Numbered from the stretch's first letter, positions 27,754-41,257 are shown. The stretch: DNA of 64,000 nucleotides from Paramecium tetraurelia (GCA_000165425.1 CT868062.1:1-64000), one strand, 5' to 3'. The notes: generated from the sequence alone by a model not told the origin. Numbers and translations are program-made.

Positions 27754-30069
27754 ATGTTATAAATAAAGGTTTCATCAGCTTTACCGTAAAATCCCTACTT
27801 AATCAACTAAGTCGAATAATTCTTAGTGGACTCCAACACTTTGATAAGAAATGTAAGTCCTCTCTAATTTAGGGATGTTATCGAAAATGTGTTATGCATT
27901 TGGATGGCCAATATAAAAAACTGCTTCCTATTGAATCACCTTTACTACTAAAAATCAAAGTCTTGAGGAGATTATGCTATTGTACATTAATGTATTTCAA
28001 ACTCAAAATCAACAAGGGCGAAATTAATTAAGGCAAAAATTAGTTCACTCTTTGGTCACGATTCCTTCTCTATATGAGAGATTTCCATGATAACATTTCA
28101 CTCTTGAAGATCTAGTATAAGAGTAAGCGATATTGAAATTCTTAATTAGAAAAGTTTTACACTCAAGAATTGATATCGATATTGATAAAGGCATTACTAT
28201 TCAGATCATAATATTATCAAAAAAATCAAATGGTAGCCAGAGGTCTCTTGTACTTTCACCATCTTAATGGTACAATAATAGAGTAGGCTTTGATTGAGAA
28301 AATAACGTTTTTCTTAAGTTTATAGGGGTAAGAATGGGTTCATATAAATTAGCAAATACCATCTGGTTGCTGGAAATAGTTACTTTCAATTGCAAAACTA
28401 TCAGACAGCTTTGAAGTATTATCTTAAAGGACTCGATTTCTACCAAAGGAATCTAATCATCATTTATAAGGAAATCACCCTTACTTCCTTAGAAGAAATA
28501 AAGATTACTCTGAATTATTACGTAATCAATATTGATAATAATATCAATAGTCAAAAGAGATCATTTTGTCTTTGTTTTTAATAGCATTGGTGTATGAATA
28601 GTTAAATGACTTTCTAAAATATCAAGAGACTCTCAAAATGATGACTTGGGTTGATTCAAATTATTAGCCAGAAGACTCAATAGGAAGACTATATTTCTAA
28701 TAATATGTGGACAACACCAAATACTTAGAATATGCTCTTGAGAAGGCTGAAATCTCTAAAGTGCTAAAGCAGGCTCTGCCAGAAGAAGAAACATTGAAAG
28801 TCCCTGTAGAAGAGGATCAATTAAATTATTACAACAATATGCTTTACGAATTCAGTGAATTTCCAAAAATCAGAAGACATTATTTCTATTATGATAAATC
28901 ATAACCTCCATACAGTAATGAAATTATAGAAAGTGAAACTTATTTAGAGAGATCCAAAGCTCTTAAAACAAATGCTAGTGTTTAGATGGTTTATAAATAG
29001 TAAACTAATGAAAATGAATCTACAACCATATGCAGATCTGTATTGATGAAAACTAAATATTCGGATAATGGATTGTCGACTAGATTTTAAACTGAATCAG
29101 AAGGATTTTCATAACCAATAATTCATGTCTAATAATCAAACAAGAGAAACAAAAAGTAGCTAAACAAAGAAGATGTCACATTACAAATGTATTATGGAAA
29201 TGCAATAGAGAAGTCTGTAAAATTGTAAGAATTAGAGAATTTAGCCGAATAGCATAATTAAGATTTAGTATAATAACAAATTGAAACAATTACATTTGAT
29301 AAAACTTTGAAACAATCAAAATAAAAAATTTGTAAATATTTACACCTTATTTTTAGAATTTAAGAGAATTTTTGGTTGTATTAATTTGAACAAAGAGCCC
29401 TTTGAACATGAAACGAGAGAGTCTAGAAAGAGACAGAGGAAGCAGTAAGCTAAAAGCATCAATCAACTACAACAACTATTAAGTATTCAGCTTTAAATCA
29501 AAACTAAGACTGAGCAATCTCAATTATTGGAGTAGTACAATAAGTAGAGAAAATTAAACTCTTAATCATCACCTAATATATTTTAAAAAGTGCATAACAT
29601 GCATCGATAAACTAAAACAGTGAAATTGGAAGAAAAGCCTGTAATTACTAATAAAGAATTTAGTAAAGATATGGGCAGTAATCATAAGACACAAGATGAA
29701 GATCAATTGATTAGAGATATCAATATCAACACCAAGGAGACTATTAAGAAAATGATGGATGAGAAGGAAAGCTTGATCTAATCAAAACCATTTTCAACCA
29801 GAAGATCATCCTAAAACACTACTACCAAGTAAATTTATTGTAATTAAAGTAGGAGCAATATTTTGTTTGAAAAATTGATTTAAAAAAATGATAGTTTGGC
29901 CCATACAACAGATTAAATTAGTAATTCAAAAAAGCTGAATTCATTGAAATCTTTGTTGGAGGTATCCAGAAATAATCCAAATCAAAAGAGGATGACAGCA
30001 ATTTTATCGACAATAACTCCTAGATCTGCTAATAAGATGGGTTCACACACAATTTTACCTCTATGTTGA
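27754..30069 (+). CDS. Hypothetical protein with TPR-like helical N-terminal half and low-complexity C-terminal half
   Basis: Long code-6 frame with several short introns. TPR-like segments LQNYQTALKYYLKGLDFYQ and IALVYEQLNDFLKYQETLK. Ends HTILPLC*. Internal intron boundaries not all resolved. Confidence 0.65.
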
Positions 30070-30100
30070 TTATAAATAATAATATAATTTTAAATTTAAA

Positions 30101-31605
30101 ATGAATTAAGGGGAATCAAATGATTTGTTGTCATTTAAAAGAGAGAAGTTTAGAGTATAGATAAGACACCAAAAACTAACAGAGGAGTTTAAGAAAAAAA
30201 GACGGTTCTATAATTATGAATAAACAAAAAATGATTTTCTACATAAAGTTTGCGATGAACTAGTCAATTATCAATTTAGAGAGTAGTTAATTGAGGAAGA
30301 CCTTAATAATATTAAGTTATTACTAAATGTGCTCTAAAAAGCCTTTGAAGATGAGTAAAATGTTGATTATTGGGTGACTGAAAATATAGTAAAAAAATTT
30401 AGGTAATAAATCATATAAAATCAGATTCCTTATAAATCTATCAAAAATGGATAATGAGTTTCAAGAAATAAATGCAACGTTAATTCAAAGTGTTTTCTAT
30501 TATCTAAACAGAGAAGATTATTAAAAGTTTGCAGAATTAGATGATATCCAATTTTTGTAATACTTATAAAATAATATAAAAGAAGAGGTATTTGAAATAT
30601 TCCCTTAAGTAAGAGTTAAACTCATTTTAGACTTTAAATTGCATCTATTTTCTAGCCTAAGAAAAGCAGACTTATAGAGATTTACTAATCTAAAATAATT
30701 TTGAATTTCTATCTTAATTAATGGTGCTTGATCCTAATAGACAATTTTCTGAAGTTATCTTAGCCTTAATAGGTTCAGCCTTTACTTTTTGTTTGGAAAT
30801 CAATATTGACAAAATTAAATCAATTAAGGAATACGTAATAAAGTCTTACTTTGATGAAAATTAAGCCATAAGGAGATTAGCCTTGGAAATTCTTGAGGAA
30901 ATCCCTTCAAAATTATCATTTGAAAATAATTATACCTACGCAAATGAAATAATCTCTTCTCCAATGTTCTTAAAACTCTATGACACAGCTTTAAGAACAA
31001 GTTATGATTTTTTAGCTTTGAAAGTTGTGATTATTTATTATGGAATTAGTGATTAGTTATTTGAGAAGGAGTTTGTTATCTATAAGAAAGTAATCAACTC
31101 AAATTTTCAATCACAAGATCTTAATAAAGCTTTGAGAATCTAATTATTTTGGGCTATTTCCAATAAAATTCAGAACAAGGAATTCCTACTTTAATTATTA
31201 GACTCTTAATTGCTAGATTAGATTTTTGGACAGACTTCCGAATTCTCAGATAATGAGGCTCTTGAATTCTCGTATGTGATTTTGAATTTCTCTATTTTGG
31301 TATTAATCATTTATTATCTAAAGTGTAACGAAGAATAATTATCAAAATTAATTAGAATAGGATTGTTAACTATATGCAATCATTTGTTTTCTATGGAAGC
31401 ACGATCAACAAAGATCGAAGAACATACTGTTAAAACATTACTTAATATTTTGCATAAGCTATTTGATTCTTAAGATGTTAACAATGAGTTAATTATACCA
31501 TTTTCAGCAGTAGTAAAAATGATTGAAATGAGTGGAATTGTTAATAAAGTGAAGGAGAGTCAGATTGATGATAAATTAATCTAAGATTTTGATGTGTATT
31601 TTTGA
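30101..31605 (+). CDS. Divergent importin-alpha-like protein (IBB-like motif plus degenerate ARM repeats)
   Basis: N-terminal KREKFRVQIRHQKLTEEFKKKRR resembles the IBB domain. LRIQLFWAISN resembles the ARM consensus KEAxWxxSN. Several short introns. Confidence 0.7.
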
Positions 31606-31685
31606 TTTTTGTAATTAGATATATTTAATTATAAATACATTTTAAATACAGTAAACCTCCTACTTTACTATAATCAATAACAAAA

Positions 31686-32711
31686 TCAACAGGGAATGTT
31701 TTCTCTTCTTGCTTGCTTTTTGGTTAAACAAAATTTAACTTTTTTGGCAGGAGATTAAGAGCTAGTTTGTTATTTTTTAGGAGATTATTAGCCAGTTATG
31801 TTTAAACTTGAAAAACTAAGCCTACTTTAGAAACTTAATCTGCTTACAATTTCCAACTGGGAGTTTTGTAGTGAAGGATTTTTTAGGATACTTTTTGGAG
31901 TTGAAACTGAACTCTATGATCTACCTCTGACTCCATCGTATTCTAATTGCAATAAGGATAGCTGAGATGTCCTTTGAGAGTTGGCTTGTTATGAAATTCT
32001 GAGTTTCTAATTTTTTTGGTTTTGGAGCGCTTTAACAGTTGTCTTTGCAATTTTCGATCTCTCCTTTCTTGTGTCTTGATATTTTATTGAATGTTATGAT
32101 GGTATCTGTTAGGTTTAATTATAGGATGACTCCAAATATGAATTATAGGTTTCATGTGATCTTTGTGAGAATTGGGATTGCTTTTTGGAGGAAAATCGAT
32201 TGTTAACAGAAGGAGATAAACCATCTCTTAATTTGGTTACATCAAATGGTCCGTGGGTGTGGAGTTTTAGATTTTTTCTCAAATCTACTGTCGTATTTTG
32301 ATTCAAGCTCTCTTTCATTTCGCCAACAAAATTAATTTTTGGAACTGTTTCCTTTCTTGAAAACAATGAGGATTGATCTCCATTGGAAATTACGGATAAT
32401 TATTGGATAGGTTAAGTCGGCTTTATAAAAGATAGCATTTCATTCTTAGATCTATTGTGTGTTGAGACTATGACCGAGTGTTATTATTATTCTTTCTTCG
32501 GTTTTATCAATCCTCTTTTAAAACCACAAGAATTATAAATTAGGTTATTCATTTTTTACTCTAAATCTTAAATATCAGGCTCGTTCAATTAGCAATCTTG
32601 GAGTCTAAAATCAATGTCTTCTTTGGAGCAAACATTTAGGTTGTAAACTGAGACTGGTCGATCAACTTCATCCTCTATAATTTCTGAATCAATAATATAT
32701 TGTTCTGTCAT
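31686..32711 (-). CDS. Hypothetical Ser/Lys/Gln-rich low-complexity protein, 341 aa
   Basis: 1026-nt code-6 frame from MTEQYIIDSEIIEDEV to SPKSILKN..KKVKFCL..IPC*. It contains track ORF 32115..32366 in frame. Confidence 0.75.
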
Positions 32712-32984
32712 TATTATAAATAATAACATAATATTTGATAATAATCAAACTAAGCAAAGGAGTTTATGACCGAATAATACTAATCAGAGATTATATATAA
32801 TATTTGAGATGATAAAGTGTTAGGCAACGAAGTTACTAGTAATTTTTATAAATTAAGATCACTGAATATTTATTTGAAATAGTTTTCTCAATTTTTATAA
32901 GCAAAAGTAATGGGAATTTCATATAATACAAAAACATACAAATATACATATTTACAAATCACTTCATTGAGTTAAATTATAGTA

Positions 32985-34157
32985 TCAGTAAAGTTTAGGT
33001 TGTGGTACAGAGTTGATATTGTCAAAATCCTTAAAGTTGAATATCTAATCAATATTGCCCTTATTGGTAGCAGGTGAGAAAGGATTATTTGATGAGCTGA
33101 ACTGAGTACTAGAGCTATGAGTTAAGGATGTTTTTTGACTGTCCGAAAGGCTGGTTTTGACTGATCCACTACGAAAAATGATAATTAATATATACTTCAC
33201 TTCTAATGTTTTGATTGGAAGATTCTTGTGTCTGAATTTATTTTTGAGTTCCTCATTTTCATACTTATTGAAAATATTATTTAACTTCATCTATTTTTTA
33301 ATCCATCTACTTAAATATAATTATTAAACAGTAGGTCTATCATTTGGGTCTTTGGTTAATAACGCTTGAATTAGAATTTGTAAATCCTCATTAATATGAC
33401 TATTAACAACAATTTCTTAATTGGTTATCTTCCTTATTAACTCTGTTTAAGAATTGGCTTGAATTGGGAAATGAGTATGAAGTAAAATCTATTATGATAA
33501 ATAAAATAAAATTACATAGATTAATGCTCCAAGGGAATAGCAATCTACTTTATAATCATGTTATTATTTCAACACAACCTCTGGAGGCATATATTCAGTA
33601 GTTCCACAAAGAATGGGTTCGACTTTATTTATGTAAGTGGCCCAACCAAAGTCACCCAATTTATAAGTGCCATCTTCGTGCAGAAACACATTCTCTAACT
33701 AATTTAGAAGATATAAATTAAAATTTTACTTTCAAATCTCGATGGATTATTTTATTCTGATGTAAACAGTCTAAGGCTCCTAACATGGAAATACAAACGT
33801 TAAAGACTTCTTTCTCTTCATAGGGAGTCTTTGGAATTTGTAAGGAACCTCTCGAACAGTATTCGGAAATGATATAAATATTTTGATTGTTTTCGAATGA
33901 ATGATGTACTTTGAGTATGTTTTTGTGATTTAATGTTGATTGTATTTTAATCTCTTGTCTGACCATTGATTCTGCATTATATTTATTTAACATTGCTTTT
34001 GAAATCTATTCATTAACAAATGGATTACAATTTTGCAGGCGAAATACTTGTTTGAGCTCAAATCCAAGACCTGGTAGACTGTTCCAAAGGAGCCACTACC
34101 CAATTAGGCTTTCAAGGCGTAAGTGGTTCCATTACTCGACATAATGATGTTATTCAT
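32985..34157 (-). CDS. Aurora-like Ser/Thr protein kinase
   Basis: LGSGSFGTV, FACK, RQEIKIQSTLNHKNIL, HRDLK/LEN, DFGWA (Aurora-type), CGTTEYMPPE. About four short introns. Confidence 0.9.
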
Positions 34158-34246
34158 TGATGAATTTATTTATTAAATCATCTAATAAAAATTATTTCTT
34201 TTCTTTTAAATAGAGAAAATTTTAGTAATAAATTATTGGATCAAAA

Positions 34247-34946
34247 TCATTTTTTTCTCTTGTAAACTAACCCTTAAAATTCACATGGTCTTTTATCCAA
34301 AGAAATGGGCTTTTTAGTTCCAAAAAATGGTGTCACCAAACTCTCACCAAATTTTGGCAGCTTCCCTTGATTAACTTTGTTATCTGATTTGTCAATTTCT
34401 AATGTGAATTTGTATAATTTACAGAATAAGCATTTTTTTAGGATAGGTAATCTCAGATTGTCTTCCTTCTGATTTTCTTTATTAATTACACTAGCCTTTC
34501 GATTCTCAGAATTCTAATGATACTAAATTGTAATATCTCCTATAGGAATCTCCTGATTATTAAATGTGTCGATGTCACAAGATTTATATAAGTCCAATTA
34601 ACTTAATACTTTCTTCAAAACTAATTAATTCTAAATTGTATACAGTTTTAATTATGTGACTCCTCTTTTTTGAGTTGCCTTTTGGTTCTGTGCTTTGTCT
34701 TCTTTGGCAATAGGCATAACTGTCAACTTGGTTTGATTCGGTTTGAATAGAATTATATTAAACTGATCGCTTTGGTTTGAGATACATCTTTTCAAATTTT
34801 CTAACTTCATGTTAACATAGTGACTAATATTGTTGGGCGTCTCTTGATTTTGAAACCTGCTGAGGCAATCGATTAGAGTATTGTTCGAAAAATGATTTGC
34901 ATTTCTATCTAATCTCTTTAACTCCCAAACAATTATTATTATTCAT
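34247..34946 (-). CDS. Hypothetical protein
   Basis: Code-6 frame from MNNNNCLGVKEIRQKCKSFFEQY with at least one short intron near 34400-34422, ending VYKRKK* at 34247. Intron structure not fully resolved. Confidence 0.6.
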
Positions 34947-35013
34947 TATTTATATATATATATAATATCATATAAGAATTATAATTATAACAAATAAATT
35001 AGAAATATATTGT

Positions 35014-35792
35014 TCAATATATGTCATTGTTAATGTTATTAAGAGTTGAAACAGTGTTATTTTGCTAAGCTTGTATTAACAATATTGTGAGGTTATTATT
35101 AATTTATTATTATTGTTTATTTTCTTCAGTGAGTGATTTAATTAAATTTTAATTTTATTTCTCTTTATTTTCTGCTTCTACCCTTATTTTCTCGATCCTC
35201 TTGTGCTACTTGAGAAATGCCTGCTTCAGTAGTTTGTTCTCGTCCTCCAATCTCTGGGTCTACATTCTTAATGAAAAACTTACATTCGACTAATATTTCT
35301 CCCCTAATTTTTACTCGAAGGCGTCAAAACATAATTATATCACCTGTTGAGCCGACTGGATATTTTATGATTGCTAGAGCCTTTTGAGTAATTCCTCTTT
35401 TAAAGCCTTTTTGTAATTGTCAAACTATTATATATGTTTAAAACAATACATCTGCATCGCCAATCTCGAATTTCTGTGGAATGGAGGCCTTTTACCCAAG
35501 AATCTCAAAGACTATCTCAACATTGTTGTCGAAATCCTCCAATAATCTCAAAATATCTGATTGCTGAATCTGAGGGTACTTCTCTTAAATAATCGCCAAA
35601 TTTTATCTAAATAAATAAATTAATATCACATACAAAGTAATTCTTTTACGTGCCTGGCATAAAGTTTCTAAATTTCTCTCCTAAGTAATACGCCTTCTTA
35701 GAGCAAAGGTAGGATTTCTAGTCTAAACTAATAAATTTATTAGGTACTTCACTTGGCTCATCTTCGAAACACTTTCTCTTTCCAACCAACAT
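35014..35792 (-). CDS. CUE/UBA-like domain plus coiled-coil protein
   Basis: IQEKYPQIQQSDILRLLEDFDNNVEIVFEIL (CUE-like), then LEDENKLLKQAFLKQHKR and NNNLTILLIQAQQ..NDIY*. About four short introns. Confidence 0.7.
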
Positions 35793-37415
35793 TCGTAAAT
35801 ATATATTAATAATATTAATAAATATTTAATTATCCCTTAAAAACACTATAATCGAGTTCATTAAACTCTATAATTAATTTTCATTAAAACACATAAATAT
35901 TTAAATAATTTAAATTGCTGCCAATCAATCCAATTAATTTCATATTGAATCCCCATAAGACATTTCCAAATCTAAACTCTCCTCTTTAAAAAAGATAATC
36001 AGAAATTATAAGTACATGTTGAATCTTATTCTAAAATTATTACTATTGAAAACCTTAAATAATTTAGGACTATCTTTTAAAATCTCCAATTAATTTCAGT
36101 CTAAACTCAAAAATACTGCTAAACTTTTGGTTTTATTAAATTACAAAGAACCCTGACTTTCACGAATTCAAAATTCCTCTATTATCTTGGTGTAAGTAGA
36201 TTCTGTAAAATTTATGATTATTTATACTTGTTAATATAATATTCTTAAAAGTTTATCTATAACATTATGCAATTAGTTAAAATTATGAAATTATAAAAAT
36301 CAATTTTTAGATGCTAAGGATGATGGGATTTAGTTTCTTATCATTATAATATTAATATTTTATTGATGTTGTAATATTGGTTCAGAAATATGCTGCATTA
36401 CTACTATCGCTTGTTAGCTCTGCTCTTAATTGCTTCAATCTGGCTTCCTTCTTTGCCAAAGCGAAATCAAACACTGAAAAGCTATATACCTCTGCCAAAT
36501 ATGGATATCACCTGGTTTTTTTTAAACAAAGATGGGCTCAAATAAGATTTATGAAAAGTTATACGAAAATACTGCAGAAACCAAACTAAATGCATTTTAT
36601 TATGTCAATTAACAATTCCCAAAACCAAGATTCCATTTAAGAATGGAATACTTGAAATTCTAGAGGTAATTAATTTTTCTTCCCTTATTGTTGCTAAAGC
36701 CAAGAAAATACCTCCAAATGTGAATATTCCACTTTTGGCATCTACATCTGCGAATTTTTCACTTATGAATTTCTAATGGTCTTTCTTTTCTTTGTAATCT
36801 TCTCTAGTATCTAGCTTGCAAAGTAATAAAATATTAATCTCCTCTTATCTTGAGGTCCAGCTTTATAAAAAATTGTTATTTCTATTGCCAAGCATGATGT
36901 TGTCATGATTTATATAATAGCGAAGTTTTTATGTAATTGAGGAGACACCAACCAACTCAGACTCATTTGGGATATATGATTGAGTAAATATATATAAATT
37001 CCTAAATTTTTACATTTAAATTTCCCTTTCATCTCGTATATTGAGAAAAGAATGAATAGAGGTGGATATAAGTTCTGATTGTATCAGCATATAATACTTA
37101 ACTATTTAGATAGAACAAAGGATTTGAAGTTTAAGCAATTAAAATTTTATAGATGACATCCTAAAAGACCAAATAAATGATTATATGAATATTTCTTTTT
37201 AATATTTTCTATATTATCATAATAGGTGTATCGAGTATTTCTAATATGTTTTTAATATATTTATAATGTGATGCAACCAACCTCACTTTAACAATTTATT
37301 GATTTATATTGTTTAATCAAATTGCTTATCAAATTTAGTATTGGGAGACATCAGGATGTAAGAAAAGGATGATCGGAATGTTTAAATTAACTTATGTAAA
37401 ATAATTAATAATTAA

Positions 37416-38303
37416 ATGAGATCTTAAAGAGTTGTAGTTTTACTTGAGAGATTGTATAGGTTGGATGAAAAGTTGGGAGGCAATGAAAGAAAGAAGAATG
37501 TGAGGAATCCTCAGAAAGAATTTGATTAGATGATTGAAGATTTAAAGGAGGAGGTCGAAATGATTTCTGCAAAATAGAAGGACAGAGATCAGCGAAATTA
37601 AAAGTATGGAAATGATGAGGATGCAATTCGTTTTGGTGTAGAAATTAGAGAGTCTATTTTAAAATGCGAATCGCAATATAAATCTTTAGAGAAAACTCTT
37701 TTGCGATAATTAAAGAAGCCTAAAGTAATCATGCATTTCCAATATAGAAATATAATCAAAATGATTTGGAGTTAAGAGTTACATCATTTAAATTGTTAAA
37801 GATTGCTTTGAAGGGAACCAAGATGAGGGAATTCGGAGTTGAAGAATAGGAGTTTAAGGGAGTGACACTGAATGAATTAAAGAATCAAGTTTTTGAGGGG
37901 GGCACTCAATTTCAAAAGAATTAATTGGAGTATCAGGAACAACTGAGTTTGGAGGATTAGGAGGCTATTCAAAGATGGAATCTGAATGATGAATATATGG
38001 ATAAATAATTGGATCAAATTATTGCAGGGTTGGATCAAATGCATTACAAGGTTTAAGCAATGAGTTAGGTATTTGATTTGAGTAAACTTTATGTAGAAAA
38101 TCGACGAGACTGGTGGAAGAGTTAAGGAATTAATTTAAGAAGTCGATAAAACTAATTAAAGTTTAACTTCTGCTAATAAAGCGTTGAAAAGATTAACTGA
38201 AGTTTATCGAAGACCCAATAAGTTCGCTCTGGATATTGCATTCATTTTATTGCTTTTGGGCTTGATTGCTACTGTAGTTACCACAGTCACGAAGAAGCGA
38301 TGA
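37416..38303 (+). CDS. Qc-SNARE, SYP7-type syntaxin-like protein
   Basis: Helical N-terminal domain, SNARE coil (MDKQLDQIIAGLDQMHYKVQAMSQKIDET..VDKTNQSLTSANKALK), then RRPNKFALDIAFILLLLGLIATVV tail anchor. Two introns. Confidence 0.85.
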
Positions 38304-38375
38304 AATAATTAATTAAGATTTTTTGTAATATCATAATTTAATGTATTAAAATATTTTTTCTTGTATTAATGATAC

Positions 38376-38970
38376 TCAGTTTGAAAGATCATCCGAAGGG
38401 GAACGCGCGGGCTGTTTTTGCTTGTTATACTATTTGTCACGACGGGAAGACTCAGAGCTGGATGAGTGTCTTTTGTGGCCTAATTAGAAGTAAAGTAAGT
38501 GAGTTAGTTAAACTTTTAGGTTTCTTTTTATGTCTGTCGACGCTTCGACTTCGGGATCGCCTCTTATAGTTACTATCTCTCTTCCTGTACTTATCATTGC
38601 CTCCTCTACCTCTCTCTTTATCACGATCATTTGTACTCCTAAATACTAATTAAATTAACTATTACCTCTTCCTTCCACTTGCATACTCAATCTTCATTGC
38701 TTACCCTTTCAACTCACGACCTTGTAAACTAATATATAGAGATTTTTCACTCCTTTACCTATTGTAGGCCTCAATCGCTTTTTCTACCTTTTCGAATTCA
38801 ACAAATGCGTATACGTGAGGACCCTTGTCCAACACTTTAATCTCGGTGATTTAACCATACTGTTTAAACAGCTCCTCTAAATCATCCTTTTAAACCTACA
38901 CAATTCTAAATAATCATGTTACTTTGTAAGCAAGATTGCCAATCCATAACTTCTTCTTGGGCTCCGACAT
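38376..38970 (-). CDS. SR-type RNA-binding protein / splicing factor (single RRM plus RS-rich tail)
   Basis: RNP2 KLWIGNL, RNP1 YAFVEFE, then RRSRSRS. Introns at 38896-38922, 38729-38758, 38639-38665 and 38480-38513. Confidence 0.88.
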
Positions 38971-40763
38971 CAAGAAAATGTAATTTATATTAATTTTTAA
39001 TATTCTTCATTCAAAAAAATGGCTTTAATACCTCAAGATTTTAATGACCCTCCTTTATTTTATAAATAAAATATAAAAATATTTGAAATTATTTAAAATA
39101 ATTATCTTTGTTTTCTTTAGCCACTCAAATCCTTCAAACCCGCCCTCTACTCCAATTCTTATTCCTGACCTCCATGTCTGCTGTATCCATAGTCTCATAA
39201 TATAAAAGAAATTCAAGATAAATTAAAATGTAAATAATATAAAGATCCATCAGAATTTATAAACAATATAATTATGTATGAATATTTATTACCATAAATC
39301 TGTGGTGGAATTTTATTTTCCAATGACAACAATTCACATTTCTCAATGTAATTCATTAGTATTTATTTAAATTATGTTTATCCGCAAATTTGTTCATTAT
39401 TTTTTAATCATATTCATGCCATCCATTTTAAATTCCTCATCACATTCAATTCACAAAGTTTGGCTGTTCCTTTACCATCCAAATAATGCTAGAGCAAAGA
39501 TTACATAATTTAATAAAATTTATGAGATAGCTATTTATATTTAAAGCTAGCAAAACTATATAATATTTCCCTATTATTTTTTAATAAATAAATGTACTTC
39601 AATTAAATTAACAAACTTGTCAATAGTCATTGAGTAGAAGGAATATTTGAGATCCAAAGCTATTTGGAATGTAAGATTATGTTTAGAATTCTTTTCTTAA
39701 TTATTATTTATTTTAGGTAAAATAATATTCCTGTATTCTTATTGATATATTTATAAAAGAGAGAGTAAAATTGAGAGATTACTTTTTGATGAGAATAAGT
39801 TTTAGCTATTGATGAAATTAATATAATAATGATAAGATAAAACAGAATTCAAATACACTACTAACCTTTGAATCCTTAAAGTATTGGTTAATCTATATTA
39901 TAAAATTATGGAAAATTATCACTTTTTACTAATAATAACAAGTCATACAAAAGTTTTAGGATAGAAAGAATTAGTTTTGCTCTTCATTTTTTACCATCAT
40001 CATTCCAAAGATTTAGAAATAAAAAATCATGAATATAAAAAATGAATTAAAAGGGGATAATAAAAGGAAGAGTCATTATAGAATTGAAGCAGTATAGATT
40101 TTACATAAATTAAAGAAGAAAAGGAAGTAAATAAATGAATTTGATATTTCTTCAAAATTTGGAAGATCATGTAATACCAGGAATCTACTTTAAATCATTC
40201 AGAATTGTTCATAATTGATAAGAACATCTTGTTCATTCAAAGGCATTGAACTAAGTTTGACCTTAAATTATAGACTCTGCTAAATTTAGAATTAAGGATG
40301 CATTTTTTAATGAATGAAAACTAGAAAGAAGTGTTATCAATTTCTAATTTAATTGACAAAGGAGAAAATACAGTAAAAATAAGAAAAACGAGCAAATAAT
40401 AATAATTATTAGTAATCTACTTATTCAAGTGACGAAGAATAATAAAACTAAAAGGTTTAAGTATTAGAGAGAAGGATGAGTTATTCAAATTAAGAGGAAT
40501 ATTTTAGAATTAATGAAATTAATTAATATTAGACATTTAGAGGAGATCTAGAGAATTGAAAGAATTAAAAACTTCTAATTTCTAGGGAGATTACTATTCA
40601 TATCAACAGTTTTATCCATGGTTGAACTAGATCGATGTTGAAATTGTTATTAACTTGCTGAGAGAGTGTTGAATCTACGAATGCGAAGGGGGGGGAGACG
40701 TTAAGAGTGAAATAGAGAAGTGGGGGCTGATTTTGATATTTATTTATATAAAATTAAGTGTTT

Positions 40764-41198
40764 ATGTTGAGATTGGCCACTTAGGCAATAAGAAGCATGG
40801 TGCAAATTATGCCAGTTATTCGGCCTATTCAACTTTGTTAGAAGCCTGTGCAATTTTTTGGATTGGCGAGGTTATTTAAATAAACTCGTATCAGTGGGCA
40901 GGCTAGATCTAAGACGAAGTCGTCGGGATCGAGTTGGAAGAAGAGGATTAGGAGTCAGAACAGATTATATAAGATTGGGAATCACAAGGGGTTGATGAAG
41001 AGGGTGAAGATTGTGGGTCCGAGGAGGGCGAGAAGACTGAAGTTCAAGTCTCCAGGGTCTAGGCATTTGAATCGAAATTGTTCGAAGGCGAATTTGAGGA
41101 GGAAAAGGCGAACTCGATACATAAGTGATGTTGATATGCCGAGGATGAGGAAGTTGTTGCCGTTGATGAAGAGGCAGAAATGCAAAAGGGGATCTTGA
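40764..41198 (+). CDS. MRPL35: Mitochondrial ribosomal protein bL35m precursor, 144 aa
   Basis: Presequence-like MLRLATQAIRS. Core YKIGNHKGLMKRVKIVG...PGSRHLNRNCSKANLRRKRRTRYISDVDMPRMRKLLP fits the L35 pattern. Confidence 0.82.
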
Positions 41199-41257
41199 GT
41201 ATATAAAAAGAAGGGAGAAGCAATAATATTTTATTTCAAATATATTATTTAAATAAT

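Noticed and set aside
40688..40696. G-run in AT-rich DNA as a possible G-quadruplex or regulatory site
   Set aside because: Only two G-tracts lie nearby, which is insufficient support.
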